A stretch of 64,000 bases of DNA from Candidatus Dormibacteria bacterium. Its GTDB lineage: Bacteria > Chloroflexota > Dormibacteria > Aeolococcales > Aeolococcaceae. The stretch's first letter is position 1; each line of letters begins with the position of its first letter. The DNA lies in the NCBI GenBank assembly GCA_051002895.1, contig JBPCLW010000042.1, positions 120,927 through 184,926 on the forward strand. Reading direction: 5' to 3'. Shown here piece after piece: positions 18,565-32,863 of this stretch. The position numbers were made by a program, and so were the translations under genes. A model generated the notes under the pieces. The model worked only from the letters and a program-made list of their open reading frames with translations. It ran no database searches and was not told where the DNA came from.

Positions 18565-20099
18565 CGGCGACGGAGCGACCGCCCGGTCATCACCTCCGGC
18601 TGGGCGATGCCGAGCACATCGAGAACGGTTGGCGCCACGTCACTGAGGCCCCCGCCGTCGCGCAGCGGCGACGCCCCTGCTCCGCAAAGCACCACCGGCA
18701 CCGGTGCCGTGGTGTGGGCGGTCAGCGGCGAATTGTCAGCGGGATTGATCTTGTGCTCGGCGTTCCCATGGTCTGAGGTGATGAGGACAGCCCCATCGCT
18801 GGCGAGCGCTGCTTCCACCACCCGGCCGATGCAGCTATCGACGACCTCCACCGCTTCGACTGTCGCCGCCAAGACGCCGGTGTGGCCGACCATGTCGGGG
18901 TTTGCATAGTTGATGATCACCAGCGCATCGGAGTACTCGCCAAGACGGGCCACAACCTGATCGGTCACGGCAAGGGCGCCCATCGCGGGGGCAAGGTCGT
19001 AGGTGGCCACCTTCGGAGAGGGCACCAGGAGCCGCTGCTCCCCGGTGAAGGGCTCCTCGCGGCCTCCATTCACGAAATACGTCACATGGGCGTACTTCTC
19101 GGTCTCCGCAACATGGAACTGACTCTTGCCCGCTGCGCTCACCACCTCCGCCAGGCCGGAAACGACGTTCTCGCGAGGAAAGGCGACATGCGCAGGCAGA
19201 CCAGCTGCGTATTCGGTGAAGGTGACGAAATGGAGGTCGCGCGGCACCCGGCTGCGCACGAACCCGGCGAACTTCCTATCGGTCAACGCGTGACTGAGCT
19301 GCCGGGCGCGATCGGGCCGGAAGTTGAAGAAGATCACGGAATCTCCGTCAGCAATGGTGTTGACGAGGCTATCAGCGCCGACCAGCGCCGCGGGGAGGAT
19401 GAACTCATCACTGCGGCCCTGCGCGTACTCTGCCTCGACGTAGCCGGCAGCACCGGTGGCGCGGGGATTTGCCCCCCCAATGATGGTCTGGTAGGCGAAC
19501 TCCACCCGATCCCAGCGCTCGTCACGGTCCATGGCAAAGTACCGTCCGCTCACCGAGGCGACACGACCGGCACCGGCCAGGGTGAGCCCGAGTTCGAATT
19601 GCCGGATACATTCGGCAGCGCTGCTCGGCGGCTCGTCACGGCCGTCGGTCATCGCATGAACATAGACGCGGTCGAGGCCGCGGCGATGGGCGAGATCGCA
19701 GATCGCCAGAGCATGATCCTGGTGAGAATGCACGCCTCCCGGTGAGACCAGGCCCAGAAGATGAAGCGCGGTACCGCGACGCAGGGCAGCGTCGACTGCG
19801 GCAATCAGGACGGGATTCTCCAGGAAGCTGCCGTCCTCGACCGCACGGGTGATCCGTGACAGCGGCTGGAAGATGACCCGACCGGCTCCGATCGTGAGAT
19901 GACCGACTTCGGAGTTGCCCTGCTGGCCGGGCGGTAGGCCGACGGCTTCACCGCTGGCCGCCACCAGGGTGTGGGGCCAGCGCTCCGTGAGCATGTCCAT
20001 CACCGGGGTCCGTGCGGTGGCGATGGCATTGCCGAACGTCGATGCGTTGTACCCATAACCGTCGATGATCAGAAGCACGAGCGGCCCGACAAGGCTCAC
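18561..20099 (-). CDS. gpmI: 2,3-bisphosphoglycerate-independent phosphoglycerate mutase
   Basis: LLIIDGYGY...SEVGHLTIGAGR N-terminal block; 512 aa; ATGA overlap with tpiA. Confidence 0.9.
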   Translation of the reverse strand: MSLVGPLVLLIIDGYGYNASTFGNAIATARTPVMDMLTERWPHTLVAASGEAVGLPPGQQGNSEVGHLTIGAGRVIFQPLSRITRAVEDGSFLENPVLIAAVDAALRRGTALHLLGLVSPGGVHSHQDHALAICDLAHRRGLDRVYVHAMTDGRDEPPSSAAECIRQFELGLTLAGAGRVASVSGRYFAMDRDERWDRVEFAYQTIIGGANPRATGAAGYVEAEYAQGRSDEFILPAALVGADSLVNTIADGDSVIFFNFRPDRARQLSHALTDRKFAGFVRSRVPRDLHFVTFTEYAAGLPAHVAFPRENVVSGLAEVVSAAGKSQFHVAETEKYAHVTYFVNGGREEPFTGEQRLLVPSPKVATYDLAPAMGALAVTDQVVARLGEYSDALVIINYANPDMVGHTGVLAATVEAVEVVDSCIGRVVEAALASDGAVLITSDHGNAEHKINPADNSPLTAHTTAPVPVVLCGAGASPLRDGGGLSDVAPTVLDVLGIAQPEVMTGRSLRRR

Positions 20100-20875
20100 C
20101 CCGACCCCGCCCGCAGGCGCTGCCCGGCAGCGCGCACGATTCCAGAGAATTCGTCGGGTTTGAGGCTGGCCCCTCCGACGAGAGCGCCATCGATATGCTC
20201 CTGCGCGAAGAGTTCGGCGGCGTTCGCCACGGTGACGCTCCCCCCATAGAGGATCGGCACGGCGCGGGCATCATCGATGCTCGCGGTCAGCTGGTCTGCG
20301 ATCCGACCGCACACCTCCTCCGCCTGCGCCGACGTCGCCGACTGACCGGTGCCGATGGCCCATACCGGCTCGTAGGCGACGATCAGGGCACCCCCACCGA
20401 GATCATCACACCGCTCTAGGGCGCTCAGGAGTTGACGCTCGATGACGACCGTGGTGGATCCGGCGTCGCGCTCCTCGAGGGTCTCCCCCACTGCGAGAAT
20501 CACCCGCAGACCGACGGCTCGAGCCGCCGTCATCTTGGCGGCGACGAGCTCGTCGCTCTCCCCGAGAATGTGCCGCCGCTCGGAGTGACCGAGGAGCACG
20601 ACGCTGCAGAGGTCGCGGAGGACCCGCGGAGACACCTCCCCGGTGTACGCGCCCGACATCTCCCGATAGCAGTTCTGGGCGCCCAGGATCACCGTCCCCA
20701 GAGAGAGTTGCTCGGCGAAGGGGACGAGATGAGTGAACGGCGGCAACACGACCACCTCCGCCGCCGAACCATCGACCTGCTGAAGCACGTCGGTGAGGAG
20801 TTCGATGCCCTCGGTCACGGTGGTATTCATCTTCCAGTTGCCCGCCACCATCGGGCGCGGCCGGTTGATGGTCAT
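20096..20875 (-). CDS. tpiA: triosephosphate isomerase
   Basis: MVAGNWKMN...VLLGHSERR...AYEPVWAIGTG signature blocks. Confidence 0.95.
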   Translation of the reverse strand: MTINRPRPMVAGNWKMNTTVTEGIELLTDVLQQVDGSAAEVVVLPPFTHLVPFAEQLSLGTVILGAQNCYREMSGAYTGEVSPRVLRDLCSVVLLGHSERRHILGESDELVAAKMTAARAVGLRVILAVGETLEERDAGSTTVVIERQLLSALERCDDLGGGALIVAYEPVWAIGTGQSATSAQAEEVCGRIADQLTASIDDARAVPILYGGSVTVANAAELFAQEHIDGALVGGASLKPDEFSGIVRAAGQRLRAGSG

Positions 20876-22065
20876 GACACCGCGACGCGGTCACAGAGGG
20901 CAACGACTCCGGGAAGTTCACGCCCTTCGAGGAATTCCAGCGTCGCTCCTCCCCCAGTGGAGATATAGCCGATCCTGCCCTCAACTCCGCTGGCCTCGAG
21001 AGCCGCACCGAGGTCACCGCCGCCGACCACCGAAAACGCCCGGCTCTCGGCCACCGCTACGGCGACACCGCGAGTGCCGCGGGCAAATTCGGCAACCTCA
21101 TAGATGCCAAGCGGGCCGTTCCACACCACCGTGGAGGCGCCGGCAGCGTCGGCGGCCATCAACGCGACCGTCTCCGGCCCCACGTCAACGACCATCTGGT
21201 CGGCGGGCACCTCTTTCCACGAGACGACGCGGGTCGGCATCGAGCCGTCGGGTACGGAGGCGATGACCACATCGACGGGAAGGCGGAGGTCTCCGCGGCG
21301 GGAACCGGTGCCGCGATACAACGCGCCCGCACGCTCGACCCAGTCCTCCTCGACAAGGGAGCGACCCGTTTCCTCGCCGAGAGCACGATAGAACGTACAG
21401 GCCATGGCGCCCCCCACCCAGAGCGTATCGACGGTGTCCAAAAGGTGGTCGATGATTCCAATCTTGCTGGAGATCTTCGATCCGCCAACGATTGCCACAA
21501 GGGGGCGCTCCGGGTCGTGGAGCACAGAGGTGAGAATCTCCAGTTCGTGGGCCATGAGATACCCGGCGACCGCAGGCAGGTGGTGGCTCACTCCCTCGGT
21601 GGAGGCGTGGGCGCGATGGGCGGCTCCGAAGGCGTCATTGCAGAACACGTCGCCGAGGCGAGCCAGCCGCGACGCCAGTTGGGGATCATTGCGCTCCTCG
21701 CCGGGCTCGAAGCGCACATTCTCGAGCATGAGAATCCCGCCAGCCTCAAGAGCTCCAATCGCGCTCTCAACCTCCTCACCGACGACGCCACGCACGTGCC
21801 CCACCTCGGCGCCCAGCAACGCGGCAAGCGGGCCGAGAAGCTGTTCCGTGCTCAGTTGGGGATCGACGACACCCTGGGGACGGCCAATGTGGGTGATGAC
21901 GACGATGCGGGCGCCGCGATCGCGCAGATTCCGGAGCGTCGGTAGCGCCTCGCGGATCTTGCGATCGTCGATGATGCTCCCGTCGCGCAGGGGGACGTTG
22001 AAGTCGACACGGAGGAGAACCCGCCGCCCGGCGACCTCGATGTCGTCGATCGTCTGCTTCTCCAT
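20872..22065 (-). CDS. pgk: phosphoglycerate kinase
   Basis: RVDFNVP...NDAFGAAHRAHAS...VVWNGPLGIYE blocks. The listed ORF has an 86-aa spurious N-terminal extension; trimmed to MEKQTIDD. Confidence 0.95.
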   Translation of the reverse strand: MEKQTIDDIEVAGRRVLLRVDFNVPLRDGSIIDDRKIREALPTLRNLRDRGARIVVITHIGRPQGVVDPQLSTEQLLGPLAALLGAEVGHVRGVVGEEVESAIGALEAGGILMLENVRFEPGEERNDPQLASRLARLGDVFCNDAFGAAHRAHASTEGVSHHLPAVAGYLMAHELEILTSVLHDPERPLVAIVGGSKISSKIGIIDHLLDTVDTLWVGGAMACTFYRALGEETGRSLVEEDWVERAGALYRGTGSRRGDLRLPVDVVIASVPDGSMPTRVVSWKEVPADQMVVDVGPETVALMAADAAGASTVVWNGPLGIYEVAEFARGTRGVAVAVAESRAFSVVGGGDLGAALEASGVEGRIGYISTGGGATLEFLEGRELPGVVALCDRVAVS

Positions 22066-22075
22066 CGGGACGAGG

Positions 22076-23954
<1,879 letters not shown>

Positions 23955-23958
<4 letters not shown>

Positions 23959-24821
23959 CGGGGATCGGGCTTCTCGACGTCGCGGTGGCGAATCCTCACC
24001 GCCACCGCCTCGTCCTCGAGCCTGCGGCCCATCTCTTCGGCGATCGCCACGGAGCGGTGCCGGCCGCCGGTGCACCCGAAGGCAACGTGGAGATGGCCCC
24101 GGTTGTGGGCGGCATACTCCCCCAGCAGCCAGCGCAACAGGGATACCAGCCGGCCCACGAACTCGCCGCTGGCTGAATCGTCGAGCACGTAGCGCTGGAC
24201 CCGCTCCTCGAGCCCGGTCCGGGGGCGCAGTTCCGGATCCCAGAAGGGGTTGCGCAGAAAGCGCACGTCGACCACCCAGTCGGCCTCGCGCTGGATACCG
24301 AACTTGTATCCGAAGGATGAGAGGTTCAGGTGCATCGACGCCGGCGTGCTACCCGCGCCAAGCACGGTATCGACGACACGACGGCCAAGGTCAGCCGGGG
24401 TGCTCTCGCTGCTATCGATGACGGTGTCAGCCGCCGCTCGCAGAGCGGTGAGGAGTCCACGCTCGGTGCGCACGGCGGCAAGCCCACCCCCCGCCACCGC
24501 CCCAGGATGCGGAGCCGTGGATTCCGCACTTCGACGAAGCAGAACAGAATCGGCAGCGTCAAGGAACAGAACACGAACGCCCTCAGGCGGGACCAGATCC
24601 CGGATCGCGCCGCTCTGCCGAGCATCGACGATGGCGACAGCCGCATCCTCACGCGCTGAGGCCGCCCAGGAGACCAGCAGCGCCACCGGGAGGTTGTCGT
24701 GCACTGCTGCGCCCGCTCGGCTCAGGGCCGCCGCGGCAGTGGCCTTGCCCGCACCGCTCATGCCGGTGAGGATCCAGGCCGCGGCTGAACTCGTCACCGG
24801 GCGATTGTAGGGGCGCTGCAC
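23955..24821 (-). CDS. rapZ: RNase adapter protein RapZ (YvcJ)
   Basis: GMSGAGKA P-loop and CTGGRHRS C-terminal motif. Confidence 0.85.
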
Positions 24822-24938
24822 CCCTGCGAGAATCGACGGTCATGCAGATTCACCGCGGCACCGACGTCGAGGAGTACGGGAACTCGATCTACCGTCAGGT
24901 GGGATATGCGCGTTGCGAAGAACACGTGGAGATCCGCT

Positions 24939-26960
24939 TCACAACAGTTCCTTGACGCGCAGTGCAACCCCCCGCGGCACTGCCTCGGCGAGCTCCTCGA
25001 GCGATGCGTCACGAACACGCTCGACCGAACCGAAGCGGCGGAGCAGGGCGCGCTTCCGCGCCGGGCCCAACCCGGGGATGATGTCGAGCTTGCTGGCGAC
25101 GGCGGTACGGCCGCGCTTGGCCCGGTGGTGGGTGATGGCGAAGCGGTGCGCTTCGTCGCGCACCCGTTGGACGAGGAAGAGAGTCGGCGATTCCCGGGGA
25201 AGGATGATCGGCGCAGCCGTGTCGGGACGGAAGAGTTCCTCGTTGCGCTTGGCCAGACCGAAGACGGCGACGTCGCCGAGACCGGCCGCCACGAGAACTC
25301 GCCGAGCGGCTCCCAACTGACCCTTCCCACCATCAATGAGGATGAGATCCGGCAGTGTCGCAAAACTCTCCTCCCCGGAGCGGCGCCCTGGACCCAGAGC
25401 GACCTCCCGAACCTGCCGTGCAGTGCCGTTGGCGCCGGCCGGATCATCAACGGGAACGTCATCACCGGTCGCCGCACTGCGGAGATAGCGGGTGAGCCGG
25501 CGTCGCAAGGTCTCCTCCATCGACGCGAAATCGTTGGAACCCTCCACCGTCTTGATGCCGAAGTGTCGGTAGTGGCCCGGCTTGGGGCGCCCCTGCTCGA
25601 AGACGACCATGGAGCCGACGGAGTTCGTCCCCATGGTGTTGCTGATGTCGTAGCACTCGATACGCCGGGGTGGGTCAGTGAGACCGAGCTGTTGAGCAAG
25701 ATCATCGAGAAGGGCCTCGGTGCGATCACTGTCGAAGTCCTCGACGATCCGCTTCTGGCGCAGGGCGGTGAGAGCCGTCGTTCGGGCCTGCTCGGCGAGG
25801 CGTCGGAGCTCGCCACGCTGGGGACGACGGACGTCGACCGGGCGCCCCCGCTCCTCCGCGAGCAGGACGCTCAGATCAGTGGCATCGTCAAGTGGCTCGG
25901 ACACGAGAATAGTCCGGGGAATGAGCGGCGCTCCGCTGTAGTACTGGGCAACAAATGCGCTCAGACATTCGCCAGGTGATTGATCGAGGACACCCTCGAT
26001 CTCGTGCGTCTCCATCCCGATGACCTTGCCTCGTCGCACGGTGAGCACGGCGGCGAGCCCGCGCCCGGCCTCGATAGCGATGCCCACACAGTCGTGGTCA
26101 CCACGCCGGCCGCTGAGGACGCTCTGCCGCTCACTGATGCGGTCGATGGCCCGCAGCCGGTCGCGGACTCGCGCCGCCTGCTCAAAGTTCATTTCCTTCG
26201 AGAGGTGGCCCATCTGCTCACGAAGTGCGGAGATGAGCACGCTGCTGCGCCCGTCCATGAACATGTCGACCTGCTCGAGTAACTCGGCGTAGGCATTGGG
26301 CTCGATGCGCTGCTCACAGGGGCCCGAGCAGCGCTTGATGTGGTAGTCGAGGCACACTTGGCCGCGGCGGAAGATCTCGTCGCTGCAGGTCCGGAAGGGG
26401 AAGATGGCGCGCAGCGACTTCACCGTGCCGCGCAGTGACTGTGCGCTCGTGTACGGCCCAAAATAGCGAGCGCCATCGCGCTGTACCCGGCGTGTGTAGT
26501 AGGGGCGGGGAAACTGAGTTGCCCGCTGGCCGGCCTCGCCGCGAACCGGCCGCATCTTCTCTCGAGCGGTCCCCGGGGCGTGATGGTCGGCCGCGCCGGG
26601 GCGCGGGATCTTGAGATACAGATAGTTCTTGTCATCTTTGAGGCGAACGTTGTATCGCGGGTGGTGCTGCTTGATCAGCGAGTTCTCGAGGATGAGCGCT
26701 TCGCGGCTGTTGGCACATCCGATGACTTCGAAGTCGAAAACCTGGTGGACCAGCCGACGGGTGCGGTCGGGGTGCGATCCCACGCCCGTGAAGTAGGAGC
26801 GCAGGCGGTTCTGCACCAGCGCCGACTTGCCCACATAGGCGACCCGGCCCGCCAGGTCGCGCATCACATAGACGCCCGCGCCCGAGGGGGCCGCGCGCAG
26901 TCGCGCGCGCAGCAGGTCAGGGTTGTCGATGAGCCGTGTTGCTCTCCCCGTGATCGCCAT
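24939..26960 (-). CDS. uvrC: excinuclease ABC subunit C
   Basis: GIY-YIG N-terminus (GVYVMRD...YVGKS) and C-terminal HhH; 673 aa. Confidence 0.95.
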   Translation of the reverse strand: MAITGRATRLIDNPDLLRARLRAAPSGAGVYVMRDLAGRVAYVGKSALVQNRLRSYFTGVGSHPDRTRRLVHQVFDFEVIGCANSREALILENSLIKQHHPRYNVRLKDDKNYLYLKIPRPGAADHHAPGTAREKMRPVRGEAGQRATQFPRPYYTRRVQRDGARYFGPYTSAQSLRGTVKSLRAIFPFRTCSDEIFRRGQVCLDYHIKRCSGPCEQRIEPNAYAELLEQVDMFMDGRSSVLISALREQMGHLSKEMNFEQAARVRDRLRAIDRISERQSVLSGRRGDHDCVGIAIEAGRGLAAVLTVRRGKVIGMETHEIEGVLDQSPGECLSAFVAQYYSGAPLIPRTILVSEPLDDATDLSVLLAEERGRPVDVRRPQRGELRRLAEQARTTALTALRQKRIVEDFDSDRTEALLDDLAQQLGLTDPPRRIECYDISNTMGTNSVGSMVVFEQGRPKPGHYRHFGIKTVEGSNDFASMEETLRRRLTRYLRSAATGDDVPVDDPAGANGTARQVREVALGPGRRSGEESFATLPDLILIDGGKGQLGAARRVLVAAGLGDVAVFGLAKRNEELFRPDTAAPIILPRESPTLFLVQRVRDEAHRFAITHHRAKRGRTAVASKLDIIPGLGPARKRALLRRFGSVERVRDASLEELAEAVPRGVALRVKELL

Positions 26961-27016
26961 CCCTGAACTCTACGTTGCGTGGTCGTCACACCGGCTCAGC
27001 TCGGGGAGCGACCCGG

Positions 27017-29050
<2,034 letters not shown>

Positions 29051-29113
29051 TTATCGTCACGGTCAGGCCCACAGCGGGCTCAGCGTGCGTCCCGGACCAC
29101 AAGGAGGCGATCC

Positions 29114-29899
29114 ATGCGCGGCAAACGAGTTCTGCTCACCGGAGCCACCGGTGGCATCGGCCAGGCCATCGCCCGGGCTCTCGCGGCCCGGGGTGCCCGG
29201 CTCACCCTCACCGCCCGCCGTGCCGAGATCCTCCGCGACCTCGCTGGCGAACTCGGTGCCACCACCATCGCCGCCGATCTCACCGACCCTGCCAGCATCG
29301 CCACCCTGATCCACGAGGCCGGTCGGGTCGACATTCTGGTCGCCAACGCCGCGCTGCCGAGCTCCGGTCTGATCACCGACTTCACTGCTGAGGAAATCGA
29401 TCGCGCCCTCGCGGTGAATCTGCGGGCGCCCATTCTCCTCAGCCGCGAGCTCTCCGCTGCCATGTCGGCGCGGCGCTCGGGCCACATCGTGCTCATCTCG
29501 TCGCTGGCCGGGAAGGTGGCGGCGGGCGGAGCATCGCTCTACTCGGCGACGAAGTTTGGCCTCCGGGGATTTGGCATCGCTCTGCGCGAGGACCTGCGCC
29601 CCCACGGTGTCGGGGTGTCGGTCATCTACCCGGGGTTCATCAGGGACGCAGGGATGTTCGCCGACTCGGGTGTCGAGCTTCCCCGAGGGGTGGGCACCCG
29701 CACCCCGACCCAGGTCGCCACCGCCGTCGTCCGGGCCATCGAGCGCAATCGTGGCGAGGTCGATGTGGCCCCTCTGGGCCTCCGCGTCGGCAGTCTCATC
29801 GGGGGCATCGCCCCCGGAACGGTCGCGGCAGTCAACCGCCGCCTCGGCGGGGCCCGCGTCGCCGAGAATCTCGCCGAGGGCCAGCGCGATAAGCGCTGA
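29114..29899 (+). CDS. SDR-family oxidoreductase
   Basis: TGATGGIG and YSATK motifs; AAGGAGG RBS. Confidence 0.85.
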   Translation: MRGKRVLLTGATGGIGQAIARALAARGARLTLTARRAEILRDLAGELGATTIAADLTDPASIATLIHEAGRVDILVANAALPSSGLITDFTAEEIDRALAVNLRAPILLSRELSAAMSARRSGHIVLISSLAGKVAAGGASLYSATKFGLRGFGIALREDLRPHGVGVSVIYPGFIRDAGMFADSGVELPRGVGTRTPTQVATAVVRAIERNRGEVDVAPLGLRVGSLIGGIAPGTVAAVNRRLGGARVAENLAEGQRDKR

Positions 29900-29905
29900 G
29901 CCGTC

Positions 29906-32794
29906 ATGGCGCTGCGCGAGCATCATCCCTGCGGACTCGACTATCTCCACCTCGTCACTAGAGCAGAGCTGCCGCCGCAATCCGGTGACGACTGCAGCCG
30001 GGCCTCCCCCTACCGGCATCCTGAGCCAATGCCTCAGGTCTCACACCCAGGAGCGCTTCTCGAGCGCGGTTCGGCTTTCCAGGCAGTCGAGCGACTGCTC
30101 GGTGAAGCCGCCCGCGGCCATGGCGGAATGCTCTCCATCGTTGGCGATGCGGGCATCGGCAAGACGACGCTGCTCGAGGCAGCCCGACGCCAGGCGAAGG
30201 ACATGGGTCTCCAGCTGGGCAGCGGGCACGGAGACCCGGCCGAGACGGCACTGCCCTTCGGCGTCATGCATCAGGCGCTGACCGCTGTCCGTGGGGATTC
30301 GCCGCTGGCGACACTTGCCGACACGTCACCCGCCAACGCGGGAGTGACAGACGCACGAGCTGCGCTGTTTTATGCCGTCATCCGTTGGCTTGAGAGCGTT
30401 GCCCAGGCGCCCATCCTCCTCGCCGTTGATGACTTGCACTGGGCGGATGCCGACTCGCTCGCGCTCCTCGGAGTTGTCGCGCGACGGCTGGAAAGACTGC
30501 CCATTGGAATCATCGTCACCATGCGTCCTTGGCCTCCCGCAGCGCTGGACGCCATGCAGTCGATGCGTGCCGACGGGCACGTGTCGGAGGAACGCCTTCA
30601 CGCACTCAGCTATGAGGCGGCTGGGGAACTGCTCGACCGGCGCGCCCGCCGGGAGGTGGATTCGGAGATGCATGCCCGAGCGTGGCAACTCACTGCCGGC
30701 AACCCGCTGTTGCTGGAGCAGGCGGCCCTGCTCGTCGAACGGGAAGGGAAACTTCCCCAACCCGGCCAGGGGGAGTACGAACTGCTGACTCCGCGCTTTG
30801 CCGGCCTCTCCGAACAGGGGCGACGGTTCGCCCAAGCCGCCGCGGTCTTCGGGTTGCGTTTTCGCGGTGGCATTGCCGGGCGTCTGGCCGGAGTGGATGA
30901 CAGCGACATCGACGAAGCGGTCGCCGCCCTGGCCACCAACGGACTGATCCGCGCGGAGTCGGAAGACCACCTGGAATTCGTGCACCCACTCTTTCAACAA
31001 GCGCTCTACGACAGCATCCCCATGGCTTCACGTCAACGAATGCACGCACGTGCCTTCGGGATCCTCGAGGAACTCGGTGCCCGGGCCGAGGCTGCGGAGC
31101 AGGCGGTGCTCGGCGATCTGTTCGGGAACGCCGCTGCCATCGGCACACTCGAGGGTGCGGGCACCGATGCGCTGCGCTCCGGCGCGGTCTCCACGGCATG
31201 TCGGTTGCTCCGCGGATCGGTCCGCCTCGCAGGTGAACGTGCCTCCCCAGCCCAGCTCATGACTCTTGCCGAGTCGGAAGTGCTTGCGGGACATCCCACA
31301 ACCACCATGGACCTCTGTCACCGAATCCTCTCCGGCGGAGCAGTCACGTCCAGCGTCCGGATGAACGCGCTGCGCATGCTGGGCCGTGCTCATTTCTCTC
31401 TCGGCGAGATCGCGGAGAGCGACCGTCGCTATGAAGAGGCCGTCGCGGGCTCCGCGGATGAATTGGTGACAGTCGCAGCCGAGGTATCACTTGAGCAGGC
31501 GACCGTCAGTTTGTTCGCGGGTGGCCCGTTGCGATCCTTGCCGCTGGCGTTGAGAGCACGGGCTACTGCAGCCACCAGTGCGGCAACGCCGGTCATAGCC
31601 GCAGCCGATCTCACCTGGGGCCTGCACGCTCTCCTCTCGGGCGATCCTGCGGGCTTGGACGCGGCCCGCCAGGGTGCCGATGTCGTCATGTCTCAGGGCC
31701 TGACCGACCGCGCCGCGTCGCTGGCGTTCTTCGGCAGCGCGGCCATCTGCGCGGAAGACTTCGACGCCGCAACCGAAGCCCTGGCCACGGCGTACCGGTG
31801 GGTCGAGCTTTCCTCGGATCCGGTGATGATGGGCCTGATCGCCACAACCCACGCCTCCTCGCTGCTGCGTCAGGGCCTTCTCACCGACGCAATGAACCGC
31901 GCTGCCGGAGTGCGGGTACTCGCTGACATGGCCCCCGGGAGCGTGCCATTTGCCGCCGCGCTCGAGTCCGAGATCCTGCTCCACCTGGGGCGCACCGAGG
32001 AGTCCGCAGCGCGCGCCGCCGTGGGGCAGCGGTTGGCGGATGAGCGACAGGAATGGTTGCCCACACTCTGGCTGCATCTCACCGCAATGCGGCAGGCTCT
32101 GAGGGGCGCTCGCGTCACCGAGGCGACAGCGCACGCCGACGCGACCCAGACACTGGCAGATGAGCTGGGCATCATTGAACCGTGCCTCGTCCCCTGGGCG
32201 GGAGCCGCTATGACGGCATACGCAGCCGCCGGGCGTGTCGAGGCGCTGACCGCCGTCATCGACCGCATGGACTCCGTGAGGCAGCTACGGTGCGGGTGGC
32301 CCCTGGCCATGGCGCATCGCGGTCGCGCGCTGATCGCCGACATCGCGTCTGATGACAACGCGGCGGCCCACCATTGGGAGGCAGCGCTCGCGGTGCCAGC
32401 ACCACTTCCCCTCGAGCGCATCGAGTTGCTCACTGAGTACGGCGGCTACTGGCGCCGCCGCGGGCAACTTGTGCGCGCCCGCCCCCTTCTCGCCGAGGCA
32501 GTGGCGACCGCCGATGGCGCTGGAGCCCAGTGGCTCGGGGCCGCCGCTGCGGAGGAGTTGCGGCTCGCGGGCGGACGCCGCCGTCGCCGCAGCGGTGGCA
32601 GCGAACTCACCGCCGCAGAATCGCGGGTCGCCCGGCTGGCCGGAGAAGGGCTCAGCAATGCCGAGATCGCCGGGCAGTTGTTCGTCTCCGGCAAGACCGT
32701 CGACACCCACCTCCAGCACGTCTACAGCAAGCTGGGCATCAACTCCCGACGCGAACTGATGCGCCGAACCGTCGACACCACGGGATCCGACTGA
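29906..32794 (+). CDS. LAL/LuxR-family transcriptional regulator (N-terminal AAA ATPase, TPR-like middle, C-terminal LuxR HTH)
   Basis: GDAGIGKTTL Walker A; C-terminal LTAAESRVARLAGEGLSNAEIAGQLFVSGKTVDTHLQHVYSKLG. The true start may be the ATG at 30029. Confidence 0.8.
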   Translation: MALREHHPCGLDYLHLVTRAELPPQSGDDCSRASPYRHPEPMPQVSHPGALLERGSAFQAVERLLGEAARGHGGMLSIVGDAGIGKTTLLEAARRQAKDMGLQLGSGHGDPAETALPFGVMHQALTAVRGDSPLATLADTSPANAGVTDARAALFYAVIRWLESVAQAPILLAVDDLHWADADSLALLGVVARRLERLPIGIIVTMRPWPPAALDAMQSMRADGHVSEERLHALSYEAAGELLDRRARREVDSEMHARAWQLTAGNPLLLEQAALLVEREGKLPQPGQGEYELLTPRFAGLSEQGRRFAQAAAVFGLRFRGGIAGRLAGVDDSDIDEAVAALATNGLIRAESEDHLEFVHPLFQQALYDSIPMASRQRMHARAFGILEELGARAEAAEQAVLGDLFGNAAAIGTLEGAGTDALRSGAVSTACRLLRGSVRLAGERASPAQLMTLAESEVLAGHPTTTMDLCHRILSGGAVTSSVRMNALRMLGRAHFSLGEIAESDRRYEEAVAGSADELVTVAAEVSLEQATVSLFAGGPLRSLPLALRARATAATSAATPVIAAADLTWGLHALLSGDPAGLDAARQGADVVMSQGLTDRAASLAFFGSAAICAEDFDAATEALATAYRWVELSSDPVMMGLIATTHASSLLRQGLLTDAMNRAAGVRVLADMAPGSVPFAAALESEILLHLGRTEESAARAAVGQRLADERQEWLPTLWLHLTAMRQALRGARVTEATAHADATQTLADELGIIEPCLVPWAGAAMTAYAAAGRVEALTAVIDRMDSVRQLRCGWPLAMAHRGRALIADIASDDNAAAHHWEAALAVPAPLPLERIELLTEYGGYWRRRGQLVRARPLLAEAVATADGAGAQWLGAAAAEELRLAGGRRRRRSGGSELTAAESRVARLAGEGLSNAEIAGQLFVSGKTVDTHLQHVYSKLGINSRRELMRRTVDTTGSD

Positions 32795-32863
32795 GCAGAT
32801 CCGGACTCAGATCTCAGGTGTTGACCTGACGACAGCGGGATAAGCATCGCCGACGATTGCGCC